A stretch of DNA of 55,093 nucleotides from Chiloscyllium plagiosum (taxonomy: Eukaryota): the NCBI RefSeq assembly GCF_004010195.1, contig NC_057751.1, forward strand, positions 16,484,572 through 16,539,664, in the 5' to 3' direction. This document shows, in pieces, positions 45,555 to 55,093 of the stretch. Made by a program: the position numbers and the translations under genes. The notes beneath the pieces were generated by a model. The model was not told the origin of the DNA, searched no databases, and saw only the letters and a list, made by a program, of their open reading frames with translations. Within the stretch, counting starts at the first letter, position 1. Every line of letters begins with the position of its first letter.

Positions 45555-46480
45555 ATAGAATGGTTATAGCACACGAAGCCATTCGGACCGGCCTCATGTA
45601 ATTTCTCTGCCTTATCCACATAGCCCTGCAAATCTCTCCTTCTCAAATAATAATCCACTTCAGTTTTGAAAGCCTCAATTAAATGTGACTCAACCACAGT
45701 CACAGGCAATACAACCCAGATCTGAACCACTCATTGCATAAAAAGGATTTCCTCCTGTAACCATTGCTTCTTTTGCCAATAGTTGTTTTTAAAATCTGTG
45801 AGCTCTGGTTCACAATTCTTCCACTAACAGCAAGTTTATCCCTAACTACTCAGTCCTCATGATTTGGAGCGCTTTGATCAAATCTCCTCTTAACCTTTAC
45901 TTCTCCAAGGAGATCAGTCCCAACTTCTCCAGTTTATTTACATATCTGAAGATCCTCATTCCTGGAACTATTCCTGTCTGAGTTTTTTTTTTGTTTCTGC
46001 ATTCCCTCTACCTTCACATGGTCCCTGAAGTGCCAGACCCAGAACTGGATGCAATTGCGCCAGGTGAACCTGTGTTTTGTACAGATATATCATAACTTTC
46101 TTGTTATTGTACACTATCGCCATATTGACAAAGCCTAGGACACAATATGCCTTATAAACTGCTCTTTCCACCCTTCACTTTCAATGAACTATGTACATAT
46201 ACACTCTCAGATCCCCCTCCGTTTGCACCTCCTTCCGAATTGTACCTTTTATTTTAGGTTGCCTCTCTACAGCCTTCCCATCAAAATGAATCTTCACATT
46301 TCCCAATGATAAATTGTCGACCCATTCCATGAACCAGCCAATGGCCTTTTGATGTCCTACACCATTTTCCTTATGGTTTACGATGCTTCCAGTTTTATAT
46401 CATCTACAAATGTTGAAATGTTCCCTAAAAAAGGAAGGTCTAAGTCATCAATATAGACCAGAAACAGCAATAGTCTTAAT
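45555..46480 (-). mobile_element. Old CR1 fragment
   Basis: Minus ORFs contain IEAFKTEVDYYL and LYKTQVHL; tail gccattcggacc. Confidence 0.65.
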
Positions 46481-49360
46481 GGCAATCCCTGGGTGGGGGA
46501 AACATTTTTTATGTAACAGTTCAGACCTGGAATGTTGCAATTGAGTCAGATTTGATTGAAGTTTTCAAAATGGAAATAGATTATCTTCTGACAAGAAAAG
46601 GCTGCAGATAAGAAGGGCAAGTAACAGGAGGTGAATCTTTCCTTTAGAGGGTCAGTACTGATACAACAGGCTGAATGGTTCACTTAACCATTCTATATAT
46701 TGAGTTGAGGCTGACTTCAACATGATCGGATGGGACATGGGTTGTCTATAGCAAACTGAACAAGTAATCTTCAGTGAGAGATGTGCAATCAGCCACTTTT
46801 GTATGTACGTTGCTTCTGTATCTTCCATTTTACGAGCTCTAGTTGTGCTTGCAAGACTGATGCATGACCCTACATCAAAAGTCTTTTGGATGTCCATGTG
46901 CCACTTTGTAAAACTCGAACAAATTAATTAAAAATCAAAAACAAACTTATAGTCTATTGACAGCAAACATGAGTGAGAAGCGGCCTGTGATTGGACGAGC
47001 AGCTGTAGAAAATTTTCAAAAGGCGTTGTTGCTCTGTCAGTTGTATAAGCCAGCTGTAAATCCACCTCCACAATATCAGTGGCAAAACAAAAACTGCATC
47101 TCTACATGGATGGTCTGAGTCTGAAACTTGATCCTAATGGCAACACACTCAGGAGTAACTTCATTCCCACATTGTATTCTGGAAACATCTGAAGCAAACA
47201 TCGCAAGGATGAAAGAAAGAAACAACTGACGAACCAACCTTGCTGGATCTTAGTGGGGTGCTGCTGCCACAACACTTCGTACTGTAGCACTTGCTCAATC
47301 ATATTCCACAGCTGTCTATTTCACACAACCTCATGTATATATATTCAGGTTTAAGCAACATGAAGAAGTTAAACCCTCTGCTCATGTCCAGGGGCTTGGT
47401 TTCCTGTCCCCTCAGACATCACACATTTGCTAAAGGACAAAAATCCACAGTCTGCTTGAAACCATGGGCAGAATCTTTCCAATCCCCTCTGCCTTGCCTT
47501 GGAAAATTATAGCGAATTATAGCACTAATGAGATTCTTGACGTTGAGGGGTCTTTCTGCATTCATTTGCGTGCACCAGTGGGTCATTATTGCCTAATGTT
47601 GCCTCACTTATGAGCAGTTTCCCCAATATCCCACCAGTCAGATAGAAACTAGACGGCGACAGTTCCTGACATGGAAATCAAAGAGATTACCTGGTGACTC
47701 CAGCCCTCCATCTTGGACAGTAGTCATCAACATCTTGGAGCATCCTCCATGGACAAATGACTGCCCACACTTTTCATCTATTGGGCGTTGACATCAGGAA
47801 TGGACCAACCTCAGCACACCCTCATGACACATTTCCAATCCATTTGCAATATGGTTCTGCACATCAATGCTACATTTTGGAGCACAATACCACCTTTTAT
47901 TAGGTGCAGGGACAGGCTCCCAGTTTCACAGATTCAACCCGGGTGCACCTCAGGGCTTCTCGCTTGCTCTCTTAGCGCTCGCACGCTTTGCAACTACTTC
48001 ATGCTCTCAGCATCTCTGCCTTGCCCTGTCCCTTTTTGCTCCCTCAGGTACAGCTTAAAAGGTGTTCAGGAGCTACCTGTTAAGTCCAATTGCTTCCAGA
48101 ACTCACTCTTAGCCAGAGCTTAAATGCTCATAGCCCTTCCACCTTGCCTTGCTGCATAGGGTAAACAAAACCCAGGCAGCTTGTCATGGTTTTCAGCAGC
48201 AGCGATCAGTCGAGGGGTAGAGATGCTGCTATACAGCACTGTATGATGTCAATCTCAAACCGACAACATGGACCAGCTGATCAAATGGCAAACACGCTGC
48301 ATGTGCTTTAACCAAATGGTCATACGGGGAATAGTCCAAAGTCAGGCCACATGAGACAGCCTTCAGTTAGGGGCCCTGCACAGTCAGTCAAAGGCATCAT
48401 CTGACATCAGTCCAGGGGCTTGGACACAGTCAGTCAGTTCCTTGGGGTGGTCAGTGTCAGAAATTGTGTGCCGGAGTCAGTCAGTCAGTCAGTCATTCAG
48501 TGCAACCAGTCTAGGGAGTCACTGTACATCAGTCGGGACCTGCACAGATCAGTCAGGGGTCTGGTTAAGCGTCAAGCTGGTCAGAAGGTGGGCCCACAGT
48601 CAGTATTGGGGTTTAGCTCAATATAACTCAAGGATGGTTATCAGGGTCTATTAATTTGGGTTGGTAAACAGGTAAGTGCAATGTGAAGATTAGGGACAGC
48701 ATGTTTGGTGCAGAGGGGACAATCAACAAACAAGTGGGGAAGGACTGCAGGAGACAACTGTGCACTGAAGGACAGGAATCATCAAGAACTGCAACACCCT
48801 GGCTTTGACAGGGGAACAGTGCAGCACGAGGGTTGACATGACTAAGTTGTAGGCTACTCTGGGCATCAGGGGATGAGTGGCATTCCCTTGGACAGGACTC
48901 TAAGAAGGAATGACACTAACAATGAGCAACTTGGGAAGCTTGGTCTCTAAACAGTAATAGATTTATGAAAGTGCCACTTGAATTTGCACAGGAGTGCCAG
49001 CCATATTTAATAAGTGTCCTGAGAAGGGTTTATTTTTGATTCCCTCCTCACTACATGAAAGGTGAAGAGCAACTCCTGGTTGACCGTGTCTGACTGGGTG
49101 CACAGCTGAACTTTAAAAATGGTACAAGCACGAGGAATCCCGGTTCTGTTCGGGTGCTAAAGGTCCAACCTGCGCAGGTCCATCTCCTCTGACACTCACC
49201 TGTGTCACAAGAACGTAAAACACCCCTGCTGCAGCATCTCTCCAGCCACACATTCATCTATTTTAAGCACCTATTCACTATTAGTGGCACAAGGAGTAAT
49301 CCCAACATTGCTCATTTCTTAACTCGCTTCCTAAATTCTGCTGGTAGGACCACATCCTTC

Positions 49361-49517
49361 ATATAGAGAAAGTGAGGACTGCAGATGCTGGAGATCAGAG
49401 TCATAAAGTGTGGTGCTGGAAAAGCACAAATGGTCAGGCAGCATCCAAGGAGCAGGAGAGTCGATGTTTCGGGCACAAGCTTTACCTGATGCTGCCCGAC
49501 CGGCTGCACTTCTCGAC
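49361..49517. mobile_element. Penelope-derived short element (degenerate)
   Basis: gagaaagtgaggactgcagatgctggagatcagag as at 42612; flanking ccacatcctt repeat. Confidence 0.7.
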
Positions 49518-49794
49518 CCACATCCTTTCTGTGTCATCTAATACCCAACTTGTTGGTACTAATGTGCACTATCACTGCAGGATCTTCATCCTCCCATTCA
49601 GTGTGAAGTCGGAACCTGGAAATCAGCTCGTATCAGCAGGGCACCCTAGCTCTGTACTGATAATCAGGCCCATATTGCACAGAACTATCCCTGACATTTG
49701 GAAATTTATTGAGTTTTTCGTGTTCATTCGTCTGTTCATCTCAATTGCCTTTGCTAACTGCTTGTCAATTCTCTGCAAATTTAGTTCAGGGCTA

Positions 49795-50062
49795 CCTTAC
49801 GGCGCCAGGGACACGATTTCGATTCCAGCCTCAGGGCTGTGTGGAGTCTGCACGTTTTCTCTGTGGGTTTCATCCCACACTCCATGAATGTGAAGGTTAG
49901 GTGAACTGGCCATGCAAAATTGCCCGTAGTGTTCAGGGATATGTAGGTTAGGTGCATTAGCCACGGGAAATCTAGGGTTACAGGTTAAAGGGATGGGTCT
50001 GGGAGGGATCGGTATGGACTTGTTGGGCCAAATGGGCTGTTTCCACACTGTAGATGTTCTAT
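49795..50062 (+). mobile_element. 5'-truncated V-SINE
   Basis: V-domain and tail gggccaaatgggctgtttccacactgt. Confidence 0.75.
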
Positions 50063-51569
50063 TTAAAATTCACTATTTCACAGCTGTGACCAGAGAGCTT
50101 GTATAGAGCTCCTATTATGGTCTGAAATAATTTCTTATATCTTAGTTCTACTGATAAAACCTGCAGTACATGCTTACGTCTGAGTATGTCCTCGCTTCTG
50201 ATTGATGTAATTTTATCATTTATCCATCCGTCATCCTGTAGACTTCATAACTTTGTAACTGCAGGGTGAATGCTTAACTAGTATGAGAAAGCTGGTTGCT
50301 TTCTGGGGGGGGGGGGGGGTGGCATTTGTTCAGTAGAATTAAGGACATCTGTTCTTAGTGTCAATGGACCGCTGTAAGTGATAACATTTGTTCACTTGTG
50401 GAATGTGGTAGTACTTCATTCTCACCTCGGGGGCTGGAGTTGCACATACTTCACAATTGGATGTCGAATAACTAAATTTCTGGTTTATAGCAAAGACTCT
50501 TAACAAGTCTCATTTTCAATAGGAAAGGAACTTGTAATTTAATAAGCTGAGTAAAAGATACATGTGACAAAACAATCCTGATACATTTTCACGCATACCA
50601 CAAGGAGTAGATTTGAATTTATGAAGTTCAGCTCCCCAAGTTTGGCTGTTCTGGAAGGTGAATGTCTCATTACCCATACAAGCTAGGAAAACGCAAAGCC
50701 TGAAACTGACATAGTAAGGAAGTTGGAAGGTGTTCATGTGTGAGACAGACAGACACAGAGATGGAAACTGTTGGAAAGGTTAACTCTTTGTGGTCTGATT
50801 TGAATGTACACTTACTTGGCATTGATTGAATGTTTGTGTGTAGTTCACTGGAGCTTGAGGTACAGGAAATGTTATGAATTTAACTCGCATTTTGGGAATC
50901 TAAGATGATTTTAAAAGAAAAAGCCGTTTTGTAGGACAATGATACTGGCCATGTTAGCTGAGCGAGGTTACCTCATGATCTTTCCCACATAGTTTAGAAT
51001 AGTGTCTCATTGTGATGTACTGTTAAAAGGGAAGGTTGGCTAGCCAAAGCAACTGGCCATTTAGCCCAGCTTGATCAGGGTTCCACTTTGATGTGCGTGT
51101 AGCTTAACTAGTCAAGCGTACTCACACTAGTCAATGAGTTTCTCTTCCTCTGCGAATTTTTGCCATTAAGGTCATGTGGTGCTTTTATAATTTTAATACC
51201 AATTTCTGTATAAAGACAGCTGGTTTGCAGCAATAAGAAGAGTAGCCTGAGAGAGCTCTTAGGGGCACCACTACTCTGCTCATGGTTTTAGAACCTTAGC
51301 TCAAGCTTGGCCTGTAGGTATCTATGTTATAGTGTAACATTGATGCCATTGGTAATTAAGGATAATAATTTAAAATAAACTGTCTGTAAGAGTTTGTATT
51401 CCAGATTGCTACAGAGTACGATCTCCGGGTTAAATCAAGAGAGGCTTACAGGTCGAGTCCATCAGGGATTCCCTGAGCAGTCTTGAATAGGTACATTAAC
51501 ATTTTGACATTTGTGGTGTGGTTGGCTGGAAAGGAAACTGTCAAGGAAACATACAAATACATAGGTAAG

Positions 51570-54000
51570 TTACCTGAGAAGATTGAGAGATAACATGCGT
51601 TTGGAAAAACAGGGTCTGATTAGGAATAGTCAGCATGGTTTTGGGAAGGGGAGATCATGCCTCACAAATTTATTAGAGTCTTTGAAGTGACCAGAAAGGT
51701 TGATGAGAGCAAGGCAGTAGACATGGTCTGTTTAAGAAGGGCGGTAAAGACAAACCAGGGAACTACAGACTGGTGAGCCTGACCTCGGTGGTGGGCAAGT
51801 TGTTGGAGGGAATCCTGAGGGACAGGATGTACATGTATTTGGAAAGACAAGGACTGATTAGGGATAGTCAACATGGCTTTGTGCGTGGGAAATCATGTCT
51901 CACAAACTTGATTGAGTTTTTTGANNNNNNNNNNNNNNNNNNNNNNNNNNNNNNNNNNNNNNNNNNNNNNNNNNNNNNNNNNNNNNNNNNNNNNNNNNNN
52001 NNNNNNNNNNNNNNNNNNNNNNNNNNNNNNNNNNNNNNNNNNNNNNNNNNNNNNNNNNNNNNNNNNNNNNNNNNNNNNNNNNNNNNNNNNNNNNNNNNNN
52101 NNNNNNNNNNNNNNNNNNNNNNNNNNNNNNNNNNNNNNNNNNNNNNNNNNNNNNNNNNNNNNNNNNNNNNNNNNNNNNNNNNNNNNNNNNNNNNNNNNNN
52201 NNNNNNNNNNNNNNNNNNNNNNNNNNNNNNNNNNNNNNNNNNNNNNNNNNNNNNNNNNNNNNNNNNNNNNNNNNNNNNNNNNNNNNNNNNNNNNNNNNNN
52301 NNNNNNNNNNNNNNNNNNNNNNNNNNNNNNNNNNNNNNNNNNNNNNNNNNNNNNNNNNNNNNNNNNNNNNNNNNNNNNNNNNNNNNNNNNNNNNNNNNNN
52401 NNNNNNNNNNNNNNNNNNNNNNNNNNNNNNNNNNNNNNNNNNNNNNNNNNNNNNNNNNNNNNNNNNNNNNNNNNNNNNNNNNNNNNNNNNNNNNNNNNNN
52501 NNNNNNNNNNNNNNNNNNNNNNNNNNNNNNNNNNNNNNNNNNNNNNNNNNNNNNNNNNNNNNNNNNNNNNNNNNNNNNNNNNNNNNNNNNNNNNNNNNNN
52601 NNNNNNNNNNNNNNNNNNNNNNNNNNNNNNNNNNNNNNNNNNNNNNNNNNNNNNNNNNNNNGTATGTGTATGGAATGAGCTGCCAGAGGATGTGGTGGAG
52701 GCTGGTACAATTGCAACATTTAAGAGGCATTGGGATGGGTATATGAATAGGAAGGGTTTGGAGGGATATGGGCTGGGTGCTGACAGGTGGGACTAGATTG
52801 GGTTGGGATATCTGATTGGCATGGACGGGTTGGACCAAAGGGTCTGTTTTCGTGCTGTACATCTCTGACTCTAGATGGATTTCGGTAAGGCCTTTGTTAA
52901 GGTTCCATATGGTCAATGGATTTCGGTAAGGCCTTTGTTAAGGTTCCATATGGTCAACCGCTCTGGAAGGTTAGATCGCATGGAATCCGTGGGGAGCTGG
53001 CAAATTGGATACACAATTGTCTTGATGGTAGGAAGCAGAGGGTAATAGTGGAAGGATGCTTGTTGGACTAGAGGCGTGTGACTAGTGGAATGCCTCAGGG
53101 GTCGCTGCTGGGCCCATTGCTGCTTGTCATCTGTATCAATGATTGTGAGAATGTACAAGGCATGATTAATAAGTTTACAGATGATATTACAATAGGTGGT
53201 ATCATGGACAATGAGTAAGGTTATCAGAAATTGTTGCAGGACCTTGGTCAGCTGGGGAAGTGGGCTGAGAAATGGCAAATGGTATTAAAGACAAGTGAGG
53301 TCTTGCATTTTGGAAATTCAAAAGAAGGCAGGAGTTTCATGGTGAGTGATAGGGCCTTAAGGAGTGCATTGGAACAAAGTGACCTTGGAGTTCAGGTGCA
53401 TTGTTCTCTGAAAGTGGAGTCACAGGTCGACAGAGCAGTGTATAAGGCTTTTAGCACACTGACCTTCCTGATGAAGGGCTTATGTCTGAAACATTGACTC
53501 TTCTGCTCCTCGGATGCTGCCTGACTTGCTGCGCTTTTCCAGCACCACACTTTTCGACTCTGGCCTTCATCAGTCAGGGCATTGATTATAGAAGTTGAGA
53601 AATCATGTTGCAATTATACAGGATGTTGGTGAGGCCGCGCTTGGAGTATTGTGTTCAGTTTTGCTTTCGGAAGGATGTTACTAAACTGGAAAGAATGCAG
53701 AAGAAATTTACAAGGATGTTTGCATGTCTCAAAGGGTCTGAGTTATAGGGAGAGGTCGGACAAGTTTGGACCTTTTTCTTTAGAGTGTAAGAGACTGAAG
53801 GGTTTGTCATAAATGTGTATAAGGTCATGAATGGCATGGATAGGGTGAATGCACTCAGTCTTTTTCCCTGGACTGTGGAATAGAGGACTAGAGGGCATAA
53901 GTTTAAGGTTAGAGGGGAAAGAATAAAAGGGAACCTGAGGGACAACATTTTTTTTTTTACACAGAGGGTGGTATGCATATGGAATGAATTGCCAGTGGTA
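51570..54000 (+). mobile_element. Cluster of CR1 RT fragments spanning an assembly gap (51925-52661), with a Penelope-derived insert at ~53467-53560
   Basis: SLTSVVGKLLEGIL..QHGFVRGKSCLTNLIEFF; PQGSLLGP; LERMQKKFTRM. Confidence 0.88.
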
Positions 54001-54274
54001 CTGTTTTTTTTCCTATCTAGCATAGAGAAAAATCTAATAAAGCCAGTGTTCACTCAAATTGGACCACAAAGAGTTAACACCTTATTTACTGCAATCCATT
54101 GACACTAAGAACAGATGTCCTTACTTCTACTGAACAAATGGCTTCCCCCGCCATGATCAAGTGCTTTCCTCCATCTCCTTAGCAGATGTGTAAGGCTACC
54201 AGCTTTCTCAAAGGCAATATGCCAGATAGGGAAACAAAAAACAGTAACACTTGTGAATGGCATGCACAGACACT

Positions 54275-54460
54275 GGGAAGTTAGTTAGCTCAGTTGGCTG
54301 GTTTGTCATGCAGAGTGACAATAATAGCGTGGGTTCATTTCCCACAGTGGCTGAGGTTAACATGAAGGACTCACCTTCTCAATCTCTCATGTTGTCTGAG
54401 GTATGGTGACAGCTAGGTTAAACTACCACCACACAACCCTCTCTAATGATACAGTGGCAA
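54275..54460 (+). mobile_element. Diverged tRNA-headed SINE
   Basis: tagctcagttgg A box and gggttcatttccc B-box-like motif. Confidence 0.45.
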
Positions 54461-54789
54461 CTTTAAAGCGACCACTTCTTTCGTATACCTCTCAAGTGCT
54501 CCAGTAAATTCTCTTCCCACTACTACTGGTTTGGCTTTTAAATTGTGTTTTGCCCCTCTGCGATACTATTAAGTGCAAAAACTTGACCGAAATGAGCAAG
54601 TGCAAGAGGAGTTTACTGGGCTAATACAACCACCTCACTAGGTTTGCCGCACACGTAAAAATAAGACCAAAAAGGGATTCACAACTTCAGTGAGCACAAA
54701 AAAAATTTACAAGCTGAAAAAAGGCACCTTGCAAGGTTTGCTGCATATAGAAACAAAAAAAGGGAAATTAGCAAAGGTGAGATTCACAA

Positions 54790-55030
54790 TTTTGATGAAT
54801 GCAAGAGGGAGAGTCCGGAACTAGAGGACATTGGTTTAGGATGAAAGGGGGGAAAATTAAAAGGGAGCTCAGGGGCAACTTTTCACACAGAGGGTGGTGC
54901 TTGTGTGGAATGAGCTACAAAAGGAAATGGTAGAGATGGTACAATTACATTTAAAAGGCATCATGATGGAATATGAATTGAAGGGATTAGAGGGATTTGG
55001 GGTTGGGGTGGCGAAGACAGGGCAAGTGGG
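54790..55030 (+). mobile_element. CR1 3' fragment
   Basis: actagaggacattggtttagg..cacagagggtggtg..tggaatgagct. Confidence 0.75.
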
Positions 55031-55093
55031 GAAGAAAGGGTGAGGGGATGAAGAGGGAGGGCAGGGGGTAAGGTGGGGACAAAGGGGAGAGGT

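Noticed and set aside
51773..52916. ~300-aa ORFs spanning the second N gap
   Set aside because: Mostly N; the real residues are CR1 RT fragments
52875..52955. Exact ~41-bp tandem duplication inside a CR1 fragment
   Set aside because: Trivial local duplication or contig-join artefact near a gap

Overview
Vertebrate genomic DNA, inferred from its repeat families to be an elasmobranch (shark). The window holds the 3' half of a + strand ZMIZ-family gene (zinc finger MIZ / SP-RING co-activator). Seven coding exons (262-425, 4326-4393, 6560-6628, 8667-8917, 14953-15104, 26947-27183, 31526-31633) splice in frame with GT-AG introns and end in the family C-terminus ...[10 protein letters not shown]. 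The protein is closer to ZMIZ1 than ZMIZ2 but differs from both, so it may be a third paralog. The rest is mostly retroelement debris: tRNA-derived V-SINE/HE1-like SINEs (one expanded into a 52-bp minisatellite), CR1 and other LINE fragments, a Gmr1-like gypsy element with integrase upstream of RT, a solo LTR, and a Penelope-like fragment with GIY-YIG remnants. There are also at least eight short palindromic insertions with long target-site duplications that carry minimal type-I hammerhead ribozyme motifs. Two assembly gaps are present. All homology calls come from reading the sequence and recalled family motifs; no searches were run.
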